A stretch of DNA of 56,273 nt, filler included, from Platydemus manokwari (taxonomy: Eukaryota): the NCBI GenBank assembly GCA_037951405.1. It is 5 parts of 5 records of this genome, joined end to end, with 100 filler letters (N's around TTAATTAATTAA, not from the genome) between each part and the next. Parts side by side here need not be neighbours in the genome. Positions count along the whole stretch, not along the records: positions 1 to 9,924 come from JBBMOY011188988.1; positions 10,025 to 25,216 come from JBBMOY011328094.1; 3 more parts are not named here. One strand, 5' to 3'. Position 1 is the first letter of the stretch; each line of letters begins with the position of its first letter. A program made the position numbers and the translations under genes. The notes beneath the pieces are model-generated. The model had not been told where the DNA came from. It did no database searches and saw only the letters and a list, made by a program, of their open reading frames with translations. Shown piece after piece: positions 1 through 12,290 of the stretch.

Positions 1-949
1 TAATAGTGATTATCATAATATTTATTATTAATAAACGATATTAATAACTAGAAAAATATTGATAATATCAATAATGATAATAGGTCTGATAATATAATAA
101 TAATCAATAAATATTATTAATTTATATATATTATTAAAATTTAATGATAGTAATAAATATTAAATCGATTATTGAACATATTTTATATAAAATTATGTTT
201 GAGAACTACTGGAATGGAAAAGATAGATTTTTCTTTACCACTCGAGATCCACTTGATCATGAATTGTTTTACCGCCCCCCCGTTATTTGGACAGAAACGA
301 ATATCTTATAAACCAGGTGGCTCCATCTGGCAGAATGAGAAATATATCAGTGATAAATTAATATATGCTTTCACTTGATTCAATTTCTATGGCAACATGG
401 GAAATAGCACGAAATATCTGTATTTATCAACATGACAAATGTGTTTTAGAACATGCCATGGAATAGTCTGACTGAATAGATATAGATAAGCAAGCAAACA
501 ATATTTGTGATGAACTGTAATGAAGGAGCTCGTTATTGGTTGGGAAATATGAATTTTTTGTTCTTTACAAAAATCGATTAATTAAAACAAAAAAAATTGA
601 ATATAGGTATTAATGAAAGTTTGACAATTTTTGCTTATATTGATTGATCTAATCACCATGGGAACAATGATGAATCTATAATAATGATTTCAGTAATGAT
701 CGATTTTCGAATCGAATTCATCACTCACAACTAACTATATGGATGATGATCAAAACCGTATTGTTTATTTGTTATTGTTTGTGTCAATATATTATTTGAT
801 ATAACGCCATTAAATCATGATGAGTTGTCAATAATTGGTTTGTTATGATGATCATTCTATCCAATATTCGTGATATGTTCGTTTATATGATTCCATAATG
901 ATGTCTGAAATATAAATCGCAGAATTAATTGATGATGATTGGGAAATTC

Positions 950-1790
950 TGGTGATGTAATCAGCAATGTTTTACTGTTGCTTGTGTAAATTTTTAATCA
1001 ATAGTTTGAATTCTGACATTCTCAACTCCGAGCCTAACGCAGAACAGGAGTTGTTGAACTGTTTAGATCGTCATCACTTTTGAGGCCTAGGGCAAATCAG
1101 AGATGATGATTCAGAGCTGAGGATTAATTAATAATTTAGCTCGACTGATGAAGGGAACCATCAATCCAACTTACGTGAAGCCGCTTGACCAGTCCGCTTT
1201 TGTATCTATTTTTTACTTTTGTTCGGTTATTCGGGGATCGATACCATTCTAGCTTCTGAGCTCTAACCACTTGATTGGACAAGCTCGTTCTTGTTAAGAG
1301 TACCGCCTTCGGTCATGCAACCTTTCTTCTCGTGACTGGTCGAACCTCAATCCAATTTGAAGATTATTGTGTAATATAATAAAGGGATTGGGTATTCCAA
1401 ACACGTGTGTGATTGGGTATTCCAAAATTGGGATTCAAACTGTATTTATGGGATAATAGATATTATATTCAATAAATAGCATTGTATAGAGCAACTATGT
1501 TCTTCTATTTTGAGCCAATCTTTTAATGAAACATTTTATGCCAGTTATTTATCCTGGTCAGAGGTTGTTTTAATCGATTCTTTTTCTGGTTAGGCAAAGG
1601 TTGTTATTTTCATTGAATAGTGCTTGAACAAATCGACTTATTCGGTACAAGTTCCCACATTTCCATTTTCTTATTTCCGAACATAGAAAGAATATATTCT
1701 AGCTTTTAGAAGAATAGCTAGTAGCGATTTTTCAAATGAAGCAAGTCGTTACGTCATAAATAAAGATCTCTATAATGAGATATCACATGA
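950..1790. mobile_element. LTR-like repeat relic (boundaries uncertain)
   Basis: Locally GC-richer non-coding island with a duplicated GATTGGGTATTCCAAA motif and a minus-strand TATA-like CCCATAAATACAG (~1440-1452). No clean TSD. Confidence 0.3.
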
Positions 1791-2943
1791 AATCACTCAA
1801 TTGATGATGTCTACAAATACGCTCTTAGAAAAGATGCAAGCTATTGATGTATTACAAATATTGAAGTATGAGTAACTACAGTCTAGATGCGAGTAATGTT
1901 ATCTTCTCTAATATAAGAATGTTGGATCCAGAGGCACCCTGATACTTTTAATAATTATGTATTTTGGAAATAAAATCACAGACATCGAGACATTTCCAAT
2001 GAGTGGAAAATGAGGAAAACGCCACAAAAGGATTAGAAAATCAATTGTCGTTATTAGATTGAATTAAAAAAGTGCCTTTATTAGAAATCTATATGATGTC
2101 TTATTTCAGGTATGTATTGAGAAAGTGTGAGTTGAGTGATGATGTGTCGTTTGATGTGACAAGTTAATGTGTCAAAAACCATCGACACTGGAGATACCGC
2201 TAAATGGAGATACCGCAAAGAAATACTGTTTATCAAAGATCTTTTCATTCTCATACATCCATTTGTTAAAGCTATCGATTCGGCTTATATAAGAAGTTTA
2301 AATTCTTTGAACAATTAATTCGATTTCTGGCATATTTAGGGACTTCCCGATAGAGATTGTGCGAATGACGTATAGTTTCTATTCCATATAACAGCTGGGG
2401 GTAGATCTCAATGTTTATACATATTTAGTTTCAATAGAATATGAGGTCGAATCTACATCTCTCAATTCTTTTATCCTATTTTAATGCGCAGTCATATATT
2501 TTGAAAAATCCCGGCTTATTGATGCTTTAGAGTTTTGTGGAGATTCTTTGGCTGTTTCTAAACTCATTAAAACCATCGTTTTCTCCATATTAACGCTCAC
2601 TTTTCAAACTCTGGAAATTGAATGGTATCGAGTTCAATTTGCGCAAACCATGAAGATCTCCATTTTATTTGGAAATTTAACCACATATCCTAGATGGACT
2701 ATCAACCAGGAAGTTGACATTGGAATCTTTTGAATAAATATTCTCCGCAATTTCTTATGTGGTGACTACAATATGAGAAATTACTTAAAATTATTAAACT
2801 GGAAAAAAATCATTAGAGTTCCTTTAAATTAAATAATATATTGAAGGATCAATAATTGAGTAGGGATTTTTAAATACATAAATGATGATAATCAATAATG
2901 TGTGTACTTCTATGGTTAGATATCTAATAGACACCTCATTCAG

Positions 2944-5900
2944 TAATCTTCCATTGGCTATTATTTTGTCACTTATTCTCATCACCGCTGTATATCTGTT
3001 AGTCAATGTGGCTTATCTAGCCGTTCTGTCTCCCATCGAGATGATCCTAATCAGCAAAACATCGACAGCAATAGCAGTTGTAATTATTTTATTCTCATTC
3101 TATTATTTCACATGATAGATTTTCTATTCTTAGAATTTTGCTGACAGGACCATGGGAGTGATGTCTTGGACCATGCCGATATTTGTGGGAATGTCGGTAT
3201 TTGGTAGCATGAATTCAGAACTCTTATCGTTGTCCCGGTAATGATAATAGTTCTGAGAAAAAATAATTATAATCTAAATTTTATTTTTACCAATCAGATT
3301 AACTCATACGGGAGCTGAAGAGAACCACATGCCCAAGATATTGGCAATGGTCAGCTACAAATACCTTACTCCTATGCCAGCGGTTATAGTCATTGTAAGA
3401 ATTATTTTTTTCGATAAATTTTCTGAAGATCTCTCCAATATTATTCTAAAATATAATTTTTGACAATAAATTAAAAGGTTTACATTGTGGACTAATGATG
3501 TCCTTTCATGTGTTGATTCTCTCCGAAATAGATGGTTCTCAACATAGAACGTTTTATTAAACATTTGAGAATTATGAGGCTTTGATCGATATAGCGATTT
3601 GATAATAATAATAATTATTATTTTATGGATTTCTCCAAAATCATTAACATCGCAATCACATTCACTTTATAACCCAAACAGTAAACTGCCGAGAAATACT
3701 GCACGATCATTCAATATGGAATCTGCAAATCTAGCCAGAATATAAAGATGTGCTAAAGAATAATAAGTGGTGTGATGATTTTAAGATGATTTATATCAAG
3801 AAATTATATTAAACATAAATTATCGATATTATTTGTTTAAATCAATTGATTAAATATCCTTTGGGGCTAAAGTTAAAAAAAGGGTGGAGTGTATTGCAAA
3901 ATTCTATATAGTTTATTTAATTATATTCTTTAAAAACATTTTGAATTTTTTATTTTAAGTACTTAAGAAGATTTTTAGTTGTTTGAAATCAAATATGAAG
4001 TAAACTAGAGCTTAAAAATCTCCTAAAATTTGATTATTTGAAAAAATGAAAGTAGTAGGTCGAATAGCAATTTATTACAAATTAGCGAGGACCCCTTTTT
4101 TTAACATTAGAAGCAAATTGAGAGATATTCTCAATTTTTTATAATTATTTTATAAAAATAACCAATGATATTATTAAACATATCTGTAATTAACTAACTC
4201 GATTTATAATTATAAAAATTTAAATTTAAAAACTCAGATAATCATATAGGAGTATTTTGATTAAAACTGGAACTTGGCTTTAAAACTATGTTTTGTCACT
4301 TTTAGACATCTTATAAAATGAGAAATTAACTGAATTATACGAATAAATCAAACATAGCAGTTATATATAAAATTAAGTTGTAAAATTATCTCATGCGCGA
4401 AAATTCACTATAACGAAAGTAGGTCAAAGGACCCTTTTTCTTAGCATAAGCCCCTTTTGTGTTCTGAGATTTCAATTCGTTTTTAATACGTGCTTTATTA
4501 AACAGTAGCGGCTTACAAGTTAAAACTAATAATTATTGATTGTGTGCATACTGGACAAAATCGAAGCCTTGGAAACAGCAGTAGTTATCGAACATGTTGT
4601 AGAGATTTATGAAAACCAATTGGATGAGAGAAATATGATCGATACTGTACCAATCATTATTTTCTTTTTAATAATTGATGATATTGGAAATATCCCTCGA
4701 CAAATCTGAAATAGTTCCTTTAACACCCGAATTTTATTAGTTGAATTCCAGTATTTGAAAAAAGAATATTTCATTATAAAGGTACCCACTAACACAGCTC
4801 TGACACCTTATTGCTTACATTATATATAAACATATGAGTCATTTATTGAACAACAAAGCTGATGAAAATAGACAGTCATCATATTTTGTATTCATTTTTA
4901 TATCCTACATAATGACACACCTGTATTCAGACATCGCTGACTATTATTTTTCAAATGTGTCAAGATGCATTTTACTTGATAGAATTGACAGGATTCGCTT
5001 TTTCGGTTATTGCTGCATTGACTGTGTGCAGCTTGTTATATCTCAAGTACAAACACCCCGATTTGCCGAGACCATTCAAAGTATATTTCTAAAATTCAAA
5101 CAAAAAACAACAACGTGTTGATCTTTATTAGTTACCGATCTGGATACCGATTATATTTCTAATCGCAGATTTGTTTATTTGTTCGATGACTATTTATCAG
5201 CAACCGTTCGATTCTTTCGTGGCGGTACTTTTAATCATCTTGAGCATCCCGGTCTACTTTGTGTTCATAGCTTGGCAACACAAACCGAAATCGATGGAGG
5301 ATTTTATTTGTAAGATTTACTAAATTTAGATTATCTATACTGTATTGATCCATTATCTATACTGTATTGATCCATTATCTATATTGTATTAATCCATTAT
5401 CTATATTGTATTGATCCATTATCTATATTGTATTGATCCACTATCTATATTGTATTGATCCATTAATTAACTAATGATATTTAAGGTTTGGTGTGTTTCT
5501 TATAATAATATTATAACTTCTTGATTTCAGCACCCTCTCCTTGGCTGATGCTTCTTGAATATTATGTTGAGAGTTAATCATTTCATCTAGTTTTGCCCTC
5601 TCAACATTTCCGGTTTTACAATGCTCTTTATTTCTTTAAAACATTCAATTCCAACACGATTATTCCGCCTTAATACGGACCATTTTTCATTGAAAGGGGT
5701 CCTTTGACCTTATGTCGACAAATTTATAAAATGATATTTAGACTATCTCTCCATTTTCTTTTGGTGTTAAAGGAAAAATATTGATTTCAAATAACCAAAT
5801 TCTTGTTTAGATTCTCAAATAAAAAATTCAAAATATTTTTTATTAATGGAACCATATCGATTTTTTGAAATACACTTCTAAACATTTTATTTTAGCAACC

Positions 5901-6641
5901 TTTCTGTTAATTTTATCCAAAAATCCAATAATTGATTAATATCTCCATATTTATGGCATTTGAATATCAATATTATTGATTGATTAACGTTATCAAGTCT
6001 GTCTACTTGTTCAGAGATCATCAATAATTGATATTTTTCATGGCATTTTTAATTTAAAAAATATCTTTTCATTGAATCATGAATATTAATACTGACATTG
6101 TGATCATTTCTGAGCTCGAATCTGAAAAGTCGTGAGAACAATTAATTGGAAACCCTGTATAGAAATATGGATAATGTTTTGATGAATCGGCTTATCTGTA
6201 TTATGGCTTATTATGTGAATGTTTTTTCAATGATTTCATTGGATGATTTGTGAATGTTTCGCTTGGATGAGAATGCCAGTGATTTTTTTGGAAATTCTCT
6301 CCTTAAGAATATTATTCATTAACGCGTGACCTAGCTTTATTGGTTTGATTTGTGTGGTCAAAACTATTGAACATATTGATGATTGGTTGGTGAACGAATG
6401 AGCAGTAAAATCAATATTTATATGATAATAATGTCTGCAAGGGGTTTGATATTAAATATGCGATATTCGATAGTTATTGATTTATATCTGAGGATTTATT
6501 TTTTCAGTAAAATTAACCTTGAATTTTCAAAAATTGTTTAATGTGGTCCTCCAAGATATTCCATTCGACGAACTCGATGCACAGCTTGCTAATGGAAAAC
6601 CAACACAAAACGGTAACAAGCAGTCAGATGAATCAACATGA
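2944..6641 (+). CDS. SLC7 family (LAT/y+LAT-type) amino-acid transporter light chain, 5'-partial; exons 2944-3079, 3134-3237, 3298-3394, 4931-5080, 5132-5309, 6508-6641
   Basis: Manual GT-AG splicing gives one open frame: NLPLAIILSLILITAVYLLVNVAYLAVLSPIEM..AIAV / NFADRTMGVMSWTMPIFVGMSVFGSMNSELLSLSR / LTHTGAEENHMPKILAMVSYKYLTPMPAVIVI / TSLTIIFQMCQDAFYLIELTGF..YKHPDLPRPFK / LPIWIPIIF..SIPVYFVFIAWQHKPKSMEDFI / LKLTLNFQKLFNVVLQD..DEST*. This matches the LAT TM7-TM12 motifs (NLPLAI, FGS.N, TP.PA, RP.K, PVYF, QKL..VV). N-terminal exons were not found in the window. Confidence 0.93.
3863..4454. mobile_element. Non-autonomous DNA transposon / MITE in an SLC7 intron (~590 bp)
   Basis: Imperfect terminal inverted repeats GGGGCTAAAGTTAAAAAAAGGG ... 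CCCTTTTTCTTAGCATAAGCCCC, flanked by TTT on both sides. Internal sequence recurs at ~5690-5900, 10025-10317 and ~48615-48930. Confidence 0.7.
5330..5464. repeat. 22-bp minisatellite (ATTATCTATAYTGTATTGATCC) x ~6
   Basis: Direct tandem copies visible just after the SLC7 donor site at 5310. Confidence 0.95.
5690..5900 (-). mobile_element. Degenerate inverted fragment of the 3863-4454 MITE family
   Basis: AAAGGGGTCCTTTGACCT and AAAAAATTCAAAAT..AAATACACT are near reverse complements of segments of 3863-4454. Confidence 0.5.
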
Positions 6642-6654
6642 ATATTATTTGTCG

Positions 6655-6660
6655 AATAAA
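6655..6660 (+). terminator. Probable polyadenylation signal of the SLC7 gene
   Basis: AATAAA starts 14 nt after the stop codon and is followed by a TG/T-rich tract. The hexamer is common in AT-rich DNA. Confidence 0.45.
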
Positions 6661-9600
6661 TATTGTGTTTTTATTCATTGATTTATGATATATAGATTAC
6701 CATTTTGTGTCACAGGATCGATGAATTTAAATTGTTTTTTATTCGACCTCCTTCAAACTTATCTTAATGGGCAGCATTTCATCATCTTCATTACAGAATC
6801 ACTGTCTATGATATAATATGTGTACTGGAGACGTCATCGATGATTATCGATTATCGATTATTTATGCAATTAATTCAATCAGTAATTTATAATATATCAC
6901 ACGTGCCCTACAATTACAAGGTCGTTATTGGGTGTATGCTGTTATCGATTATATATAGATTTAGTTAAAACAAATTGTATGGAAATTGCTAAAACATTGT
7001 GAATGGAAATATAAGTGCTTCCCCAACGTATTATTTTTAAACGTAATATCGATAAATTTATCTGATTCCAAATTGCGTTGATGATGCGATATAAAAGCAG
7101 TATTGATTTGTTTCGTTAACTTGTTCACATTTAAATCTTAAATTTGTGATTCAATCAAACTTGCTTCCTTCATGTGAAATTCATGTAAATCAATAATATT
7201 ATACAGGTGATAATCTATAATCCAAATAGATTAATTTATAATCCATATATATTACGTCATAAATGTGGAATCTAGCTATTTCATTTCAATGATATCAAGT
7301 CCTAAGGACTCCATTGAAAATCGGTTACCATCAATCATTACTGCTATTTGATTAAAAAAGACCAATGTAAGAAAATAATTCTAAACAGTGAAAGATCTCA
7401 CTGGCTGAATTTATTGGATATCTTGAATTATAATAAGCATTGATTTGCTGTATTAATTCGTTATCGAGTCTTTTATCTGTTAGATGAGTTTGAAAAAAGT
7501 GGAATCATGACACATAAATTGGGTTGATGTTCGGCACGGCTGGTAAAATATTAATTAATTTAAATCGATTTCTTTCAAATAATCAATAGATAAATATGTG
7601 TTGATATTTACCACGGGTCGATGACTATTATTATGTGAATTAAATTGTAACTAATTTGACATAGATTTCCTGTAATCAATGAGATCGATAATAATATTGA
7701 TAAGCAATTGTGATGATGATAGGTAAAAGAAAAATATTTGTTTATTGATTGATTGGTAACCACAAATGAAAACAAAAGAAACCAAAATTACAACACAACA
7801 AATAACAGTAAAACCAATCAGTAAAGAGCTTTTCAAAAAATATTGATGTTCTAGTAACCAAAGAAGTTACTAAGGGCCATTTACAATAATACATTCAATA
7901 ATTATTCTTTTGAAACTTAAAAATCCACTCGAATTTTCTGTGTTTTCTCTTTTGGCGATCGATATGATATTCCTTTAATCATTTATGGTTGTAATTTCTC
8001 AACTGTTGATTATCGTTAATCAATTTTAGCTCATTTTTATCAGTAATTGATTGAATTGTACACCAATTATGATTGGCTCAAATCAACTATTTACTATCAA
8101 TGATCTGCTCCTTTATTTCATTTAAATCGTTAGTAGCCGATAATTGATTATTCCGCAAAAGATCTGAGAAATAATAGATTTGAAGGTTGAGAGCAATTCG
8201 TAATGAAAATGAATTTAGCTATAACACAATCGATAAATGTGTAATGCAATAAATCCAAAAACAAGCAAGTGTAGTTACGTGAAGATGCTCATGAGTAGCA
8301 CTCTATTTCAATACGAAAACTAAGGGGGATAATTTTAAGACTTTGTGAACTTGAGCAGGATTGAAAATGAATAGGTTTAACACGATGAAAAATGGAATGA
8401 TAATTTGAATGAAAAATTGAATAAAAATTTTCACTTGTATGGTTTAAGGTGTAAATTGTGATCGAAAAATACGATTAATGTATATGAAATTCGCTCGAGC
8501 AGATAATGTGCGGTGAATAAATACACCTTAAAATTAATGGGATAATTACTGAATTTTATGCACAATTAAAATCAATAATTTCAGTAATTTCCATCCTCAT
8601 GCTTACCTATGCACTTATCTCAAATGTTGAATTTGGTGCTCCTTAAACAGTAATTTATCCATGGAGTAGATTTTTTATTCCTGAATCAATAGATCTTGAA
8701 ATTATTGTTAGTAAAATTGAGGCCTCATCAAATGGCTGTTTTCAAAATTGTTCAATTCTGTGTTTGGTAACTGCACTGTACTCTTTCATTGGATTCTCAC
8801 GAATGTATTTTTAATTCAATTAAAGGGGAATGCTCACTGTTTTCATTTTATTTTTTAACTCCTATGGTAGCCGTCGCCACTATCTACAAAACATGCCTCA
8901 CAACAAAAACAAAAATGCACCTCAAATTCTTAAATATCAATATCATTAATCGATTAACTGGCATTACTAAATCCAATCATTAATTTAAATCACAACAGCG
9001 AACATTAATAATAACAAGATTAGAAACAATAGGAAATAATATTGAATCTCAATAAATATTCATTGAAATGGTAGAATTATTTTAATGTTTATTGATTTTC
9101 GCAAAAAATTTCCAGCTGCATTTGAATTGTTGCTCTGTTGCATTTGAACGGCTATTGAGATGGATATTGCATTTGCATTATTGTAGGTACTTTACTGCTG
9201 ATGACTTGCATTGATATCAAATGACGATCGGCAACGAACCGATTAAGGTGCACTGATGTGTAAAATGATCTGGATCTGCTTCATACCGCAGCAAAAATAT
9301 AAATCAATAAAATATATATTGATATATTTTGAAACAGTGTTAAGCTTTAAGGTAAACATTGATGATTTTGTCGGGGTGAATTTATTAATCAAATTTTGAT
9401 GTGATGAGCAAGTAACATATTTGCTGGTGGGGAGTCCAATGATTGTATTGGGGATCGAAAGGATAGATAACAAGTTCATGATAATGATGAGATTATAACC
9501 ACAATAATTAGCTAATCAATTACATTAAAAGTTAGCCAAATGAAGAAGACGTTTACGATGACTTAACATACCAAATATTCCAACACATAAAGATAATAAG

Positions 9601-9849
9601 CTGTGGAGAACAGAACCTTATAGTTCCAAATAAAATCCCACTATTTGTAAACTTGTAACGATAAAGTAAATTATCGACAGTGTATCTGTCCCCATAAGAA
9701 ATATAAACATAGAAAGTAATTATTTACCATATTTAATGATCGATCAATGGATGTGACCCGAATTCTGATAATATTTATATCAATAATAATGAAGTTTTAA
9801 AATCAATAAACAAACGACACAGCATGAAACTATGGATTAGAAACTATGA

Positions 9850-9924
9850 GATGAGACATGGATTCGATATGACAACCCAAAACGCAAAGCATCTTGGGTG
9901 AAGCCTGGCGAACCGAGTACATCA
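9850..9924 (+). mobile_element. Mariner transposase fragment truncated by the assembly gap
   Basis: Translates DETWIRYDNPKRKASWVKPGEPSTS, the region of the first catalytic Asp (GDE.WI...NPKRK.SW..PG.P) of mariner DD34D transposases. Confidence 0.85.
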
Positions 9925-10024
9925 NNNNNNNNNNNNNNNNNNNNNNNNNNNNNNNNNNNNNNNNNNNNTTAATTAATTAANNNNNNNNNNNNNNNNNNNN
10001 NNNNNNNNNNNNNNNNNNNNNNNN
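9925..10024. other. Artificial scaffold gap linker
   Basis: N44-TTAATTAATTAA-N44, 100 nt; a palindrome with stops in all six frames. Confidence 0.98.
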
Positions 10025-10317
10025 CTTAGATATCATTCCAATTGCTTCTAATGTTAAAAGAAAGGGTCCTCGCTAATTTTCAATTAATTGCATTTTGACC
10101 TACTTTGACCCGTTTTTCAAAAAATTAATTTTTGTGAGACTTTAAAAATCCTATATATGCATTATTTGATTTTAAATAACTAAAATTTTACTCAAGTACT
10201 TCAATAAAAAATTCAAAATGTTATTAAAGAATTTAATTAAATAATCTTTATAGATTTTTGCAATACACTCCACAATTTTAAAATTTCATTTTAGGACCCT
10301 ATTTATTAACTTTAGCC
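10025..10317 (-). mobile_element. Inverted partial copy of the 3863-4454 MITE family, cut by the gap
   Basis: Contains TTGCTTCTAATGTTAAAAGAAAGGGTCCTCGCTAATTT and CAATACACTCCA, and ends TTAACTTTAGCC; these are reverse complements of the left part of 3863-4454. Confidence 0.75.
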
Positions 10318-12053
10318 AGTTTTTTTCCAATGTGAATTAACTGTTGGGCCAGAATCCCAACACAAAAATTGCTACATAAAACTAAAAATAACATCAATAT
10401 GAACAATATTTATTATCATATAATGTTACAATTAAAGTCACAAAATTGTGAATCATATTCAGTCCTCAACAGTAAATCATAAATGATTTGAATATCAGTA
10501 TTAATTGATTCACCTTATTCTCATTATTGCGTTTATCATCAGAATCCTTCACCAAATACGTGATTGAAACCACAAGTCATTATTATTGCTATTGGATATA
10601 ATATTATCGTCAAGTTATAAATAAATAGCAACGCAAAAATCCGGTTTAAATACTGAAATATCTTATCATTAAATGATAACAACATTGTACAAAACACTGG
10701 TTCAGTGATTCGTGTAATTTTAACACGAGACAACAATTGATTTTAATCTTATCGATTTAAGAGAAGATTGTGATTTATGATTTCTACACAATATTGGGGG
10801 GAAATCAATTTCAAGATTGATCAGAGCTCGATAAATAAGAAATATGGCAGATTTTAAAATATAATTTTAGAATGTTCGGTCTTGTATGAAGTTATAGAAT
10901 ATTGGCGATTATTGGGATTTGTTATTATCACAGCAGTAATTGTGTGATATTGTGGCCACTACTGCTGTTCATCATTTCTCAAATATCCAGACGAATTTAA
11001 GCGAAGAAAATTAATTTAATCGTAGAGAATTGGTCTGAATATTTTAGACAACTACTATTTTAATAACTGGTATTTTTCACGTCACCATTTTTTAAGGAAT
11101 TCTAGTTTTTTAATTAAATTTTCTTTTATCCATTAATAATAATAATAGTAATAATTAATACCTTTATATCATAAATTGTTAAAATATGTGATAAAACAGA
11201 TTATTTTGATCGTTGTCTCTAATAGATCCTTGCAAATTGTTATTCCTCATCAAACCCGAATATGTCCATTGTATTAATAATCAACTTATCTTACTTACTA
11301 ATGATGAACAACTTCTCTACAATTCAACAAAACGGAAAAGAATAAAACTGGGAAAGGCTTCTTTGTTTCGAGATATCAGTATTCCTTCCAGTTTTGTTAT
11401 GAAAATAAGTATCATATAGAGATCAAGGTTATTTAGCTGTGTAGCATTTATGCTTTGTGTTGAATTTTTATCTAATATAACTGTTTATCTGAAAGGAAAT
11501 ACATGGACCAAAACTCATTTCCATTATCGATTAAATTTGGTGGAACAATAATTACAGCGACGGTTTAAAAAAAGAATTTCATTCATTCATTTTTCGATGT
11601 TCATATCGAGTGGGTTCCTATCGCATTTATGTCCAATAAACACAAACATTCTGATATTCTTAATTGGCAAACTTATCCAATCATTTGTAATATTGGTGTC
11701 GGCTCAACCATCCAGTAGTAACAATAAGGCCTCCTTTATTAATAATATGATCTCATTATTGTAGATTATGATTGATTTTTAAGCCTATGATATATCTGAC
11801 AATTTTTCTTCTTAATAGGTTAGAGTTTTTGAAACAAAATCTTTTATGACAGGAAATTAAAATTAAAGCTTTTGTAAACAGCGAGAGAGATTTCAGAACA
11901 AAACTGGAATGAAAACCGACAATTATTAATCAATAGATTTCACAATAAAATTGTGTATTGAACAGTAGTGGATTATTAAATTAAATATTTGGTAGGATAG
12001 CTCGACATAGTTTTCAGTGACTTGTTGGGCACCAAAGGAATTACATACTGTCC

Positions 12054-12290
12054 CAGTGTTTTTAACATTTTGTAAATGAGGGACCATTTACAAACACCGA
12101 ATTTGTTGTACAGCCACAAACTACTCGTATTGTGAAATTTTCCTGAGAATATGTCGAGATAAAATGAAATTATTCAGGTCGAACGCATTGGCTCTTATAA
12201 AAAAGAAAAATTTTTATAACTAACTGGAAACAAGTTGAGCACAAATGGATCTTAGAACCACCGGGTTAGAACCTCAGTTTAAAATCACTG
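12054..12290. mobile_element. Possible hAT-type MITE (~237 bp)
   Basis: Termini CAGTGTTTTTAAC ... GTTTAAAATCACTG form an imperfect inverted repeat with hAT-like CAG ends. No 8-bp TSD is preserved. Confidence 0.4.

Noticed and set aside
5330-5464. Regular repeats (also 51670-51803) as CRISPR-like arrays
   Set aside because: No unique spacers and a eukaryotic context; simple minisatellites.
9969-9980. Palindromic TTAATTAATTAA repeated four times as a biological motif
   Set aside because: Always centred in N runs; an assembly linker.
10342-10362. Hairpin TGTTGGG-CCAGAAT-CCCAACA resembling fused LTR ends
   Set aside because: Only a 7-bp stem and no TSD; could be chance.
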